DNA from: Takakia lepidozioides
Lineage: Eukaryota > Plantae > Bryophyta
Assembly: GCA_030704615.1 (NCBI GenBank)
Contig: CM060731.1
Coordinates: forward strand, 65,100,001 to 65,164,000
Direction of reading: 5' to 3'
Length of the DNA: 64,000 nt
Below the pieces are notes generated by a model. The model ran no database searches. It saw only the letters and a program-made list of their open reading frames with translations, and was not told the origin of the DNA. The translations under genes were made by a program, and so were the position numbers. Positions 33,933-47,137 of this stretch are shown here, one piece after another. How positions within the stretch are numbered: position 1 is the first letter of the stretch; every line of letters starts with the position of its first letter.

Positions 33933-35880
33933 GACACAGATTCGGAGTTGCATATGTGGCGCGGCATTAATGAGCAAATGGCGAGAGCCAAGTTGCCCCC
34001 TCCCGATTTTAGGGGCTTCATGGCTGACAATGCCCAGGCAAACTGGGCTGCAGTTAGGAGGGTATATGGGGACGACCCAAAGACTCCAATGGAAGGAAAG
34101 GAGAGATCTTGCGGGTTCCACTTCATGCAGAGTTTGACGCAAAACACGAAAAGGTTCGTGGCGTCACGCCACCGGCAGGATCATATCAGTATGTGCCTAG
34201 CGTGGAAAAATGCGAATTCCATCGACGAGGCGGAGACCGAGTTTGCAACCATACGCGCCTGGTGGGTGTCTTCAGGGGCAGTGGATGTGAAAGATCAGCC
34301 AGAACTGCAAACGTGGCTTGCGTGGTGGCATTATAGATTCGCCAGTTTGGAGACTACATGAGACAGGTAACACATTTCTGTACTTGACAATTGTTCTGTT
34401 TTGTGCTTGGACATTCTCCACAATCAGTGACATATCTAATTTCCTTCAACAGGACATGAGCTTGGAGGATGACACGGATATGCCGACGACGAACATGGCC
34501 GAATCGGTGCACTCTTCCTGGCGTGCTTCCTCTGCAGCACATCTCGTTGACATGTTGACAGCAACAACAGAAGATATTGTGAGGGCCATCATGCAACAAT
34601 CTCATTACTACCAGTTTCTGGGAGGAAAGCAATGGGGTATCGGACCAGACAGGCAGGAGATGCTGATGAGGGCGGCGCATCGTTCGACCGATCCCAAAAA
34701 ATGGACTGCTGCATTGCGGGAAACTATAAGGTCAACGCCGTTACACAGTCGGGGGAACTGCCTGGAGGGCGATGTCCGCAGCCGGCCGGTGAAGAGAAGA
34801 ATTGAGGACATGCCCGGAGGGGATGGGGATTCATGGAGATCAGATATGAACATCCGCACTCAACCTCGGGGCGCAACGATGTTGCGTCCCACGCCTCCAC
34901 GAAGCAGGACTCGTACCCCCTCTCCTGCAGCATCCATGGAATCGCTGCCAGACTCGGGACAACATGCCGAGGATGGGCATGCTGCTCCTGTTTTCGTTAC
35001 CCAATACAACATTCCAATCGTGGAGCGAGATGTGTCGGCCTCGCAGTGGAGAATTGCACGGACCCGTCCAACATTTCGTGGCAAATGTTGTGCTGTTCGT
35101 GTCGACACCAACCAGAGATGCAATGAGATGATTCGGAGGAGCCCGCAGGGCGGTGTGCCTGCCCCTTGCTTCACAGGGAGATTTGTGTGCGCAAAGTTTG
35201 TGGAGGCCACACTGAAGGAGTTTTGGTTCTGCAAGCACGACATCATGTCGTGTGTGTTCGGCAAGCCCAAGTATGGTGTACAAGGCATGCCTGAACCACC
35301 GGCAGTCTGGCGTGTGGCAAGTGGTACAGATCTTACCCTGGAGGAGGCAGACGCTCTAGGAAGTGCAGGGTTTCGACTGGTGGAGAGGACAGACGTTCCA
35401 CGAAATCCAATTCCCAATCGTCATCCTCCTCCCACGAGAAGCTCTTCGCCCCGCATACCGGTGGGTGACCCCGCAGCTTGGCCCACCCATCGGTGGGGTA
35501 AACTGAAAAGACGGCGGCCACCAACAAAGGCAAACGACACCAGGATGGCCAACGCTCTTGCAATGCCCTGCATAGTGCAAGGTTGCAGGGATGTTCCTCA
35601 CCCCGGGATGGGGCGCATATTTCAGTTGTCAACAGCCGGGTCTGCTGCGCGCAGTGTCGTGTATGCAATCACGGTTTCACAGTACCCAGCTTGCAACTGT
35701 GAGGACTTCCTTGTTATGGAATCGAGGAATGCAGCATACGTCCCCTGCAAACACCTTTATTACATTTTTATGAAGCGCATGAGTTGCATATCCGCAGTGG
35801 ACGTCTTCATCCATGCTCCAACACTGAGTTTCAACGAGCTGCACAAGGCCCTACGGCAGGATACTGGTCGGACTGCTTGA
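33933..35880 (+). pseudogene. MULE-SWIM transposase 3' part, copy 2
   Basis: FMADNAQANW, CGFHFMQS, TTNMAESVH, CNCEDF..PCKH; intron 34367-34452; 1-bp deletion at ~34340 relative to copy 1. Confidence 0.88.
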
Positions 35881-36335
35881 CATTCCACATTCGGGAAGGA
35901 GAAAGTGGCAATTATATTACATTCATCTTCTTGCACCCTATTTTTTTGTGAGGAATTATACACTTGGTGGTGCCGCATCGCCATGGCTACATGTGAATTT
36001 CGTCCACCTTTATGAGAAGACTCCAATTTGCTACAAATACATTGTTACTGTTCTGCAAATGTGATGCCTTTACAAGATTGCTAGTTCTGTGTCCCAGTGG
36101 GAAGGGTCCTACTGCACATTCCAGCATTTGCATACTGCACCTTGTGCAAACAGCAATCCATACGACAAAGGACACGTCCCAGCATACTGGCAGTGAATTG
36201 CAAATAACATTAACAGAAGATTATCGAAGCCTGTATATTCCCCATATGGCACAGGGAAGCTGCTTGATTTCTGAATGAAAATGTATGTGCCATGAGTGTC
36301 AGCAAGTTGAAACATGTCTACTCTAGCATGCAAGA

Positions 36336-36935
36336 CCTATGGTCCCCTCGCCCAAGAAGAAGGAACTCGAACTGGCCTCTCAAGGACCTCCTGAGTGACC
36401 GGGTGCCTATATTTGAACAAAATGTCAGTGGTTTCTGTCGCCCGGTTGAAACTAACGAGGATGTCGTGTTTATCGATAGCGCCCCCTTGGTAGAAGGACA
36501 TTTTCACAGTGGGCCCGTGTTCCCCTCCTCCTCATCCTCATAACTGAAGAGAATGTCCCCACTTTCCGAGCCAGTCCGTCCACGCGTAAAGTTTTCACCT
36601 ATGCACTCATCATACGTCCACTCGCAACAATTCCAGCGATACAGCAACGCTGTGCGTGATCTGTTCGGCTCCCACACATGCGGAAAGTCCAGGTCCATGA
36701 TGCGTAGGAACCACCTGCTCCCCAGCCGGGGTCCAGGAGAGTCGTGCAATCCTGGAAGAAACTCCATTGCTCTCAGCTGGACAAGTCGAGGATCGTCCCT
36801 GTAAACATCCAGGAAGACAATGATGTCGTCTGCTTTCGGGAAAATGACTCCCGTCTGGCGTCGATAGATGTGATTCGGGCACGACATGGCCTCACGACAC
36901 AGCACGAACTCAAAGCAGGGAGGAGATGGGCACAA
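36336..36935 (-). pseudogene. Second uncharacterised accessory ORF, distant paralogue of 8259-8981, frameshifted at ~36510
   Basis: Colinear motif similarity that continues in the shifted frame (TDILFKYRH vs IDILYLYVRH). Confidence 0.5.
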
Positions 36936-37009
36936 CAGAGAAGAGTGAAGAGCAAAATGAGAGCAAGGCCTCCCTCACCATAAGGCGGGTATTTGCTCTC
37001 CGACGCCCA

Positions 37010-37475
37010 ATTTCGGCGCCGTTATTACATGGAGTGCGGAAGCTTCAGCCGAGAATTTTGTTTCCGCAGGTCAATTTCGGCGCCGTTATTGGTTGCAATC
37101 CCCAGCCTTCAGCCGGGTATTTGGTTTCCGGACCCAATTTCGGCGCCGTTATCGGCTGCACTCCGGTGGCTTCAGCCGAGTATTTGGTTTCCGGGGCCCA
37201 TTTCGGCGCCGTTATCGCCTGCACTCCGGAGGATGCAGCCGGGTATTTGGTTGGCAGAGCCCAATTACTTTCACCGTTGTTGGCTTCACTCCCGAGCCTT
37301 CAGCGCGCTATTTCTTTTCCTGTGCCCAATTACGGCGTCGTTATAACCAACCATCCTGCACTTCTGCAATAGTACTATCCACGGTTATAGGTCGCCATTG
37401 CGTTTTCGGAGTCTGCAAACCCGGATCCTAATTCCGCTTGCGTCTCTGCCTCTGGGATAATTTCGGTGCCGTTAT
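37010..37475. repeat. ~63-bp tandem repeat carrying ATTTCGGCGCCGTTAT
   Basis: Copies at 37010, 37074, 37137 and 37200; degenerate at ~37265, ~37329 and 37460. Confidence 0.9.
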
Positions 37476-38048
37476 TGCCCAGAATTCTGTTATTCTATGA
37501 CCTGGCCTGGCGGTCCATGAGCCTGGGCTCCAAGTCATGAGCGTACACTGGTACTCATGAGCGGAGTACTTCCAGCATGAGCGCGGAAATCTTCGATTTT
37601 TGATTATTTTATAGTTTTTGGCCCGAAAAAAATCTGCCGAAATTCGAAGTGTGTTACTTAGCGGCTCATGGGTTAGCCATGCCCGCTCATGAGCTCATGG
37701 AATAGCAACCCCCCCCGGACTGACTGGCCTCCACCAAGAGAGGCTTTGGCAACTACAAGTACAAGGTAATGAAAATAGGGAAGAATAGAAGCCCGACCAA
37801 GCAAGATCTAATCCTGATCTATGCTATCAACTGCCAGACTTCTCTCAAAGTCTCGCTCTGCATGATGGTAAGGTGTAGGAGGTATATCTATGTCCAGAAA
37901 CCTGCCACTAACCTTGTCCCAAGCTACAGTAGCTCGCTCTAACCAACCCTCCTCCTCTTTTTGCCAGGTAGAGACAAAGCAACACTCTGCTATCTCCCGC
38001 TCACTGAACACTAAAGAAAACAAAGGTAGGGTCTGATAGTCTCTCAAC

Positions 38049-41000
38049 CCGGAAGGCTTGCCGGAAGGATGAGCTGGCGAAGTCCGTGATGCAGGACTTG
38101 AGGATGGGGGTTAAATCGCAGTTCCACTTGCAAAATGGACTGCTCCGGTATAAGCAAAAACGTCTCTACGTGCCAAAGGGAGGGATCAGAGATAGCCTCT
38201 TGAGAGAATGCCATGATAGCCCGCTTGCGGGCCACGGCGGAGCCAAGCGCACTGCGGCACTCTTGAAGAAAGAGTATTTCTGGCCCAAACTGAGGGAGGA
38301 GGCAGAGGAGTATGTCAAGACATGCACCACATGCCAACAAAACCGGAGCGAGTACAAAAAGCAAGCGGGGCTGTTACAACCCTTGCCGATTCCAGAGGGG
38401 ACTTGGGAAAGCGTCTCGATGGATTTATGACTGCTATGCCGCTGTCAAAAGGATTCGATGCAATCATGGTGGTGGTGGATAGGTTCAGTAAAATGGGCCA
38501 TTTCATCCCCACCAAGGAGACGGCAACGGCGCAGGAGACAGGGCGACTTTACTTCGCCCACATCTTAAAGCATCATGGAGTCCCGAAGGATATTGTCTCG
38601 GACCGCGATCCAAAGTTTACGAGTAAATTTTGGAGGGCACTTTGGAAGAAGATGGGGACGAGGCTGAAGATGAGCACCGCCTTCCGACCTACGACCGACG
38701 GCCAAACAAAAAGAGTGAACTCCGTAGTGAAGCAGATATTGCGGAATTACGTGTCGGCAGACCAAACAGACTGGGTGGAACACTTAGACGCGGCAGAGTT
38801 CTGTTATAATAACACAGAACACTCCGCAATGGGAGTTTCCCCTTTTGTATTGGTCTATGGAAAAGCACCTCTGGTGCCGACAAGTTGGGCCGCCCAGGAC
38901 GTTGAGGAACCGGCAGTAGCGGTGGTACTGGAAGAACGCGAGCGTTTGTTGAAGCTCGCAAAGTACAACATTGCCAAAGCTAGGAAACGGTATGAAAGGC
39001 AGGCGAATCGGAAGCGGAGGGAAGTGAAGTTTGAGGCAGGCACAGAGGTCTGGTTGAACATCAAGAATTTCCGACTACCTCCGGAAGTGAGTCCGAAGTT
39101 CATACCTCCGTATGCGGGACCCTTTCGCATTCGGAAGGTTATGAATGAGGATGTGTATGAATTGGAGCTGCCGGCAAACAGCAAGATGCACCCAGTATTC
39201 CATGTCTCCCTTTTGAAGCCTTACTTCAAAGATGAAGCGCGTCCGAATCGGCATCAAGTGTTGCGTCCGCCACCTATGCTATTGGATCATGAAAATGAAC
39301 CTGAGTACGAGGTGGAGGCAATACTTAAGTCGAGGAGGTTCAAGAACCGAGAAACGGAGTATCTTGTCAAATGGAAGGGCTATCATCAGGTGGAGGCATC
39401 TTGGGTGCGTGCCTCAGAAATGGGAAACGCATCCGAGGCGGTTGCAGCTTTCGAAGGGCGACCTCAAAAGCGGAAGAAGCGTTGATGGGGACATCAACCT
39501 TGGAGCGTGGGGGAGGAAATGCATGCTTAGCTAGCTTAGGAATCCGATTGCAAAAACTTGTATTTGTACAAAACGTGCTATAAATGAAATGGCTTCCAAA
39601 TGTTGTGCGTCCTATTTTGTTTGGAATGGTGATGCATGGTATGGTTGGCTAGTGTATAGAATGCATGCTAGCTTATAAAAGTGGGAGAGGTAAATTGGGT
39701 TAATCGTGTGTTTGCGTAGTGCCGAAATCGGGTGACCCCCATCCAAGGGGCAAGGAAACTTGCGCCTTCTTTGGGAGTTCACGTGCTAGTGCGCACCTGG
39801 CGCGTGCACGTACTATAACTGCGCTACCGAGGGGGTTGCCTTGTAGTGCGGGCTAACACGGAAGCTACGTGCTTCCGTTCACGTACTATAATCGTGTAGC
39901 CTCGGGACGAAGTCGTAGTGCGGCTTCGGCGTGTTCCCGTACCTCAGGCCAGCATTCCAAGGCGGACCCAATTGTAATGATTGGGGCGCACGGTTGGTTC
40001 AAGGTTATCTTCCTAGTTAAAGAGGGTTCCAGGGAACCCTTGCTCAAGGTGATGCCAAAAGCGGCATCATGAGCGATCGCAAGCAATGTTGTTGCAGTAA
40101 GGCGATTCGATCCTCGGGAGGATCGTTCCTTGGCCTTGAAGTAGGCCAAGAAGAGTGCACTGGGAGGAGCTGGAGAGGCTCCACCCTTGGCCGGGACTTG
40201 GAGGAAGTCGGCCGAACTAGCTAGTGGAGAGTAGAGTCAAGTGTGGGGTTTGGTTCTTTGCCATGGGACGCCATGGTACGGAAACAAACTCCTTGATGTG
40301 GGACGCCACAACTTGGATGTTCGTTTCTACAAAATGTACAAGTCGATGAGGACATCGACTCCCTGTTGGTAGGGGTGTGTGTCGCAGCCCTTTGCCTTGA
40401 GGGCAGGGGGTCGGGACACATGAGGGGCTGCCCCTGTGGTGGGGGCAGCGGCAGCGGTAGGTATGGGGGGCTGAAGCACCCTTGAGTGCCCAAGGCACTC
40501 AAGGAGGCGGAGGCGCTCACTAGATGGAGCCCCGCACACCGGGTTGCGGTGGGGGTGGCTCCACAAGGGGTGGTGGTAGCTTAGCGGGACTTAGTGGGGG
40601 TGGCATAGGACTCACCATGGGGGCGGAGACCTCGTGGTGGGAGTCGTGGGGAGTCTTGGGACTCATCACGGTCCATAGGGGCCGTGGTGAGTGGGCCAAG
40701 ACTCACCGCAACTCATCACCGGGAGTCGAGGGTTTTCGTGGTGGTTCGCCATAAAATGGCATGGCTGGTTGTGAAACCCCCGCGGACAGCTACAGAAGTA
40801 TATATAAGGGGAGTAGTGACCCCGAGAATGGTGCAAGCCCGTTGGTGACCAAAAACTAGAGAGTAAGCGAGCGAGCCGGAAAGCGACCAAAGAGTGGGGA
40901 GCTGTTCCGGACTGCCATCTACCAAAGGGAATTCACCTAGTCCCAAATAGGTGGAGGGTTTAGTTGGAAGCGAAGGGGGACTGTTATGTCCCGATGAGCA

Positions 41001-41107
41001 GCCGAAGCTCCAAGTTGGCCCGGGCGGCCAGGTTGGGAGTCAGGCGCACGCATCAAAGCGAGTAACTATGACTTGAACGGGAGCTTACCGAAGTGAGGTG
41101 CGCGACA
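38049..41107 (+). mobile_element. Chromovirus copy F (integrase + chromodomain, 3' LTR 39520-41107)
   Basis: ORFs 38086-38430 and 38322-39485, PPT, full LTR. Confidence 0.95.
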
Positions 41108-42081
41108 CTAGGACTCGCCTCCTATTACCGGAAGTATGTGAGAAATTTCGCCAAGATCGTGGGGCCGCTGTCGGACCTTCTGTGTAAATCCAAAGTCTGG
41201 GTATGGAACACATTTTGTGGCCAAGCTTTTGCTGAATTGAAGCAGCGGATGGCGGAAGTTCCAGTCTTGAAAATCCCGGAGTTCGATCGTCCATTTGAGA
41301 TTCATACAGATCCGTCGGACTTCGCGATTGGGGGTGTACTTATGCAAGATGGACGTCCAGTGGCTTACGAAAGTAAGAAACTGAATGAAGTGGAGCGATG
41401 GTGGCCGACGCACGAAAAAGAGTTGAAGGCGGTGGTGCATTGCCTTGAGCTTTGGCGCCACTATGTTGGTTCCAACCCAGTGAAGGTGTTCACGGACAAT
41501 GTCACAGTGAAGTATTTTGCCACGCAGCCCAAGTTGTCCCCAAAACAACTTAGGTGGCAAGATACTTTGGCGGTGTTCGACGTGGATATCCAGTACAAAC
41601 CGGGACGGGACAATGTGGTGGCCGATGCTTTAAGTAGAAAGCAACAGCTCCTGTTGGTGTACAGGGGCGAGACGGCGCTCCAAAGGAAGATCCGGAAGGC
41701 TTGCCGGAAGGATGAGCTGGCGAAGTCCGTGATGCAGGACTTGAGGATGGGGGTTAAATCGCAGTTCCACTTGCAAAATGGACTGCTCCGGTATAAGCAA
41801 AAACGTCTCTACGTGCCAAAGGGAGGGATCAGAGATAGCCTCTTGAGAGAATGCCATGATAGCCCGCTTGCGGGCCACGGTGGAGCCAAGCGCACTGCGG
41901 CACTCTTGAAGAAAGAGTATTTCTGGCCCAAACTGAGGGAGGAGGCAGAGGAGTATGTCAAGACATGCACCACATGCCAACAAAACCGGAGCGAGTACAA
42001 AAAGCAAGCGGGGCTGTTACAACCCTTGCCGATTCCAGAGGGGACTTGGGAAAGCGTCTCGATGGATTTCATGATTGCTAT
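41108..42081 (+). pseudogene. pol: Chromovirus copy G, RT/RH/IN fragment, target of copy F
   Basis: [11 protein letters not shown]...WESVSMDF begins immediately after the LTR's CA. Confidence 0.92.
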
Positions 42082-43855
42082 AAGACATGGATGGGACAAG
42101 TGAAGGTGTTTCCTGCATAGTGCAACAGGCCTGACTAGGGTTCTGTCTTGCACCAGCTTAGTTTTCATGCTGATATAGTCACTCAAACAGCTTACCAGTG
42201 GGTTAATGACAGCCTATGAGTTCACCATTTGCATGTAGCATCTACATTGAACCCCCTTTGTTGTCATGCAATCACCGAAAGTGCAAGGCAACATGTATCT
42301 ACCATACAGTGCAGGTCTGATATTTCTATCCAACTCATGGTCTTTCCTTTATCTCTCAACTGACCCTCCTCTCATCATTCTTTTGCTGAGCGGATCTCTC
42401 TTCTTCCCAATGTTTTATCTCCCTTTTCTGATGCAAGTGCCCATATTGGACCAGACAGCCCTTCTATCACCATTCCCAATTGACATGCATCATCTCTTAT
42501 CCTCTCTACACCATTCTGGTTTGAAGCCCAGACCACCACTCCATTCCATTTTCAAAAACCCTTTTTCCTCTATCACATGTCTCTATCCTTTTCCCTTCTA
42601 TCAAGAGCAAGTCCTAAATCTGCCCAAAACGATTTCTAAGTCACACCCAAAAAGGAAGCATCCTATGTTTGAGAGCTGACTTCCCAACTTCTTGCAGCAC
42701 TCCACACAACTTCCACCCTACCTCATTTTCTCTCTACCACCAGAACTGGTATGAATTCCAGAAGTCTCCATTCCATTTGCCAAAATCTTTTTCTATCTCC
42801 CTCATTTCTATTGAGAGTCTCTCTAGCAAAATTCCATAGCAACTATCCCTAAGTCAGAGAGGAGCTTGCATCTATGAACTTAGCTCTCTTATACTCTCCA
42901 GCTGAAGCGGTGGGATCGCCTGCCTGAAATGGCACCTCACCATCTCTGTCAGCAGCTCCCCTAACTCCTTTTGTCGTTTGAATGCCACGTTGTAAAAACA
43001 TAGATCTATGCATGTCAGATCCTGTCATTGCTCTGCCACTCCACCTTCAGATATTTCGTCGATTCAAGCGTTCCGTGAGTCTTGACAGCTTTGTTTCAAC
43101 CTATGGCAGTAACCTTGTTGCTTGCCAACTAACTACCCTATCCTACCATCTCTGCTAATCTACCCTAAGATCTGATGTGATAACAAGAAGACAATCATTA
43201 TCTGAAAGCTTCATGCTCTACATATTTCACTCTTTGCTTCTTTATTTACAGATAACCTGTATCACTGTCCACAAGCCAATGCCCTCATTCTGGCGATTGC
43301 ACCATTTCACTAGTGGTCAAGTCAGTAATCCCATCTCTGCCCTTGATCTGGCAGCAATTGCTTCTCCACAAGTGCAGCTTTCTATAATTGCACATGAATG
43401 CAATGGCGGCGGTATCAGTTTGCACACCCTACCTCTGGCAGATGCCCGTCATGATGGAGCTGCTCCATCATCTTAACTAGCCTTTGATCAAGTCTGCAAC
43501 CCCACCTTCCTATTCCCTGGCAGCAGGCTGTTTCCCTTGCAAGTCCATCCTCCTTGTCATCGTGGTTATGAGAGTAACGACGGCACTGCTGCCCCTCCAC
43601 CGAGCTGCTTTCCCCGCAACTCCTACACCTTCAGCGGTCAAATCACAGGAAGCACCGCCTCTATGCCTTCATTACTTCTGTCAGTAGTACATGATATTAC
43701 TTCCCTTGCCCTTGATGAATCATCCTGCAGCACTCCCTCTCTGTAGGCATGGATAGTTCCCTCCCGTTATTAGTACCAGGGCACTCCCTTTGTAGTAATG
43801 CCGGATCCTGATGCCAAGCAAAATTTCACTGTTACTCCCCTGCATTCACACTACA
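42082..43855 (-). repeat. Diverged, truncated LTR related to element C
   Basis: Ends CCTGCATTCACACTACA like 26300-26316; patchy similarity (CCTAAATCT.CC..A, TGAAGCGG.GGG..CTGCCTG); abuts copy D RT. Confidence 0.7.
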
Positions 43856-46794
43856 CCATACCTTGTCCTGCACGCGGTCTTCTCCTCATCTCCTTCCGCC
43901 ACCCGAATTTGATGATAGCCGGAGCGCAAGTCAATCCGGCTGAAATACTTCGCTCCTGCCAACCGGTCGAAAAGGTCGTCGATCCTTGGCAAAGGGTACC
44001 GGTTTTTAATAGTCACCTTATTCAAAGCCCTGTAATCGACACACATCCGCAGCGTCCCATCCTTCTTGTCTGCGAATAGCACCGGGGCTCCGTAAGGTGA
44101 CTTACTCGGCCAGATGTACCCCTTTGACATTAGATCCTTGAGCCGAGTCTTCAGCTCGACCAACTCTCTGTGGCTCAACCGGTAGGGCGCCTTGGCAGGC
44201 GGTTCCGATCCCGGTATCATCTCAATCTTGTGGTCAACTCCTCTTCGCGGTGGCAAGCCGCTTGGTAAATCCTCCGGCATCACATCCTGGTATTTCTCCA
44301 AAATCCCCTTGATCCAATCTGGGCTCGGCTCCCCATCGCCTTCTCCTTTCACTTCTCTAATGTAAAGCAAAAACTGGGACTCGTGTGCCTCCTCCACGGC
44401 CCACTCCTTTGCTGACAGAAGGTTTATTTGCCCTCCCACGGATTTGGGCGTTTCCGACACTCGTAAAACCTCGCCACCATTCCCACATGGCAGCGTGACT
44501 ACTCTCTTGCGGCCATCTATGACCGCTCCGGATTTGCTCAAAAAGGTCATCCCCAAAATGAGATCCACTCCATCGATCTCGCAGATAGTGAAGTTCTCAC
44601 GTCCCTCCCAACTCCCCAGTTGAAGAGGAACATCAAACGCCAACCTTGTCGCCAACTGAGGTTCTCCTTTGGCAGAGCGCACCTCAATAGAGGTCCCCAC
44701 GTCACTTGTCGGGAGTCCCAACTTTCGCGCCGCCGCCGGCGTCATGAAGGGGTGCGACGCTCCTGTGTCCACCAACAACGACATGTTAGTTCCGGATATT
44801 ATCCCATCCACGAACAATAACTGACTCCCTTTACGCAGGGCGCCAGTTTCCTGATACAACTCACAAGAATAGTTGCCTACCTTGCAAGTCCTGGCGACCA
44901 CCGCTTCCACCAAGCGACTGATTGTATCTTCCGACAGCTCCGTGGTTGCCCGAGTCATGTTCAATTGTCGAGGTTTTGTGCACTTCTTGGCCATGTGCCC
45001 GGGCTCCCCGCAATTGAAACACACTCCATCAAAGGTTGCCTTCTGTCCGCCATAAGCCGCTCCACCCGCTTTTCCTTTCGAAGCACTGGGTGCCGCCTTG
45101 ACGTGTGAAGGCCATTCCTTCGATTTCCACGTGCCATTATCGCCGCGTGGCCTATCCCACTTCTTTTCCGGTCGGAAGGAGTCACCTTCCCGCCGGGTCT
45201 TCTTGTGGTTCAGCTCCGTACGGCCTTGTCTCTCACCCCTAGGGACATCCGAGAAACATTCAGCCCTCTCAATTGCCTCGTTCAAAGTCTTGGGTGGCTT
45301 CTCCTCCAACTTCCGCCTGGCCCATGGGGCCAGTTTCGCCACAAAGTTGAAGACCATTTCTGGTTCTGCCATGTCCGCGACTTCGAGCAACAGCACATTG
45401 AAAGCCTAGACATACCCCCGAATGTCATCTGTTTGCTTCAAATTCCTCATCTTGTCCCGGGCAAGCCAGGACACGTTGAGGGGCACAATCTTCATCAATT
45501 CCTTGAACCCACTCCAGTTCAAGTTTTCCGGACTTTGGTCCACCATTGTTGAGCATAGCCCCTCAAATAGGTGGGAGCCACTTCCACCCGATCCTCGTCA
45601 CTCAACTTGGCCGCCCGGAAGTACTGCTCTAGCTCCAAGAGCCAGGTGTTGAGTGCCTTCCGATTTCGGACGCCCTCGAAGGTGTCGGGTTCCTTAGGCT
45701 TCACCTTAAACTTTGCCTTAGCGGAAGTGGCATTAGCCGCCTTCAACACGTCTTTCAACGTCCCGCCAAACTGCGCCAACAACCCTTCCCAAAAGGCTGC
45801 CGGCATGGGAGGCATCTCTTGGTTTGTCGGAGCTCTCAAGGATTCCTCGGGCTCCGATTCCTCGGATTCCTCCCGCTCTTTGGCGGCCTCGTTTTCGGAA
45901 ACATGAATCGCTTCCTCTAACGGCCGCCTCGGTGACACGCCGCCCCCATCGGGCTCACCGGGATCATCATCTTTTGGGCCGTTCCGCTTTCGCTTCGGCT
46001 TGCCCGACCCCATGATGAGGCCAATCCAAAGACGATCGCGTACTGAACTCTAAGCTCTGATACCAAATGTCGCGCACCTCAATTCGGTAAGCTCCCCTTC
46101 AAGTCATAGTTACTCGCTTTGATGTGCGCGCCTGACTCCCAACCTGGCCGCCCGGGCCAACTTGGAGTTTCGGCTGCTCACCGGGACATAACGGTCCCCT
46201 TCGCTTCCCTCTAAACCCTCCACCTATTTGGGACTAGGAGAATTCCCTTTGGTAGATGGCAGTCCGGAACAGCTCCCCACTCTTTGGTCGCTTTCCGGCT
46301 CGCTCGCTTACTCACTAGTTTTTGGTCACCAACGGGCTTGCACCGTTCTCGGGGTTACTACTCCCTATATATACTTCTGTAGCTGTCCGCGGGGGTTTCA
46401 TAACCAGCCATGCCATTTTATGGCGAACCACCACGAAAACCCTCGACTCCCGGTGATGAGTCGCGGTGAGTCTTGGCCCACTCACCACGGCCCCTATGGA
46501 CCGTGCTGAGTCCCAAGACTCCCCACGACTCCCACCACGAGGTCTCCGCCCCCATGGTGAGTCCTATGCCACCCCCACTAAGTCCCGCTAAGCTACCACC
46601 ACCCCTTGTGGAGCCACCCCCACCGCAACCCGGTGTGCGGGGCCTCCACCTAGTGAGCGCCTCCGCCTCCTTTAGTGCCTTGGGCACTCAAGGGTGCTTC
46701 AGCCCCCCATACCTATCGCTGCCGCTGCCCCCACCACAGGGGCAACCCCTCATGTGTCCCGACCCCCTGCCCTCAAGGCAAAGGGCCGCGACAC
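43856..46794 (-). mobile_element. Chromovirus copy D (truncated 5' LTR 46068-46794, PBS 46054-46065, gag-PR-RT start)
   Basis: LTR end GCGCGACA + TT + TGGTATCAGAGC; ORFs 45519-46013 and 43846-45396. Confidence 0.95.
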
Positions 46795-47137
46795 ATAGTG
46801 GAACTGATGCATCACAGAGCTCGGAGGATGAGGGGGATGAGGGGGATGAGGGGGATGAGGAAGAAGGTGGGGCAAGTTCCTCGGAGGGTGAGGGAGAGTA
46901 GTGCCCATTCCGGCTATGACAGTTAGAACACACTTGTATAGACGTGGCTTGCCACAAAATTTGCAATAAAATGTTGCATTTCAAGTCCACTGGTGCCACA
47001 TTCCAACTTCACTTGACCCTATTTCCGTGCCTCCTAACCCTATTTCCGTGGACTCACAATGGTCTGCTCATGCTTTTTTTTTTTCCGCTCATGCTCATGC
47101 CGCTCATACTCATGCCGCTCATGAAATAGCAGCCCCC
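46795..47137 (+). mobile_element. Terminal fragment of a DNA transposon with the MULE-type TIR
   Basis: Acidic ORF tail, then CTCATG repeats and CTCATGAAATAGCAGCCCCC. Confidence 0.65.

Larger units (their letters stand above)
33933..37713 (+). mobile_element. MULE copy 2 (3' half of transposase, right arm, right TIR)
   Basis: Highly similar to ~17534-19407; ends CTCATGAGCTCATGGAATAGCAACCCCC. Confidence 0.9.

Noticed and set aside
33262-34361. Long ORFs crossing 33433-33932
   Set aside because: Artefacts of translating through Ns
7877-37713. One single MULE spanning both TIRs
   Set aside because: No matching TSD (CGGCCACAC vs CCCGGACTG); the hAT ORF does not resume after 37713; the transposase region is present twice with differences, across a gap
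43856-46794. Copy D as the missing 5' half of copy B
   Set aside because: Both contain the same PR-RT segment, so they are separate insertions
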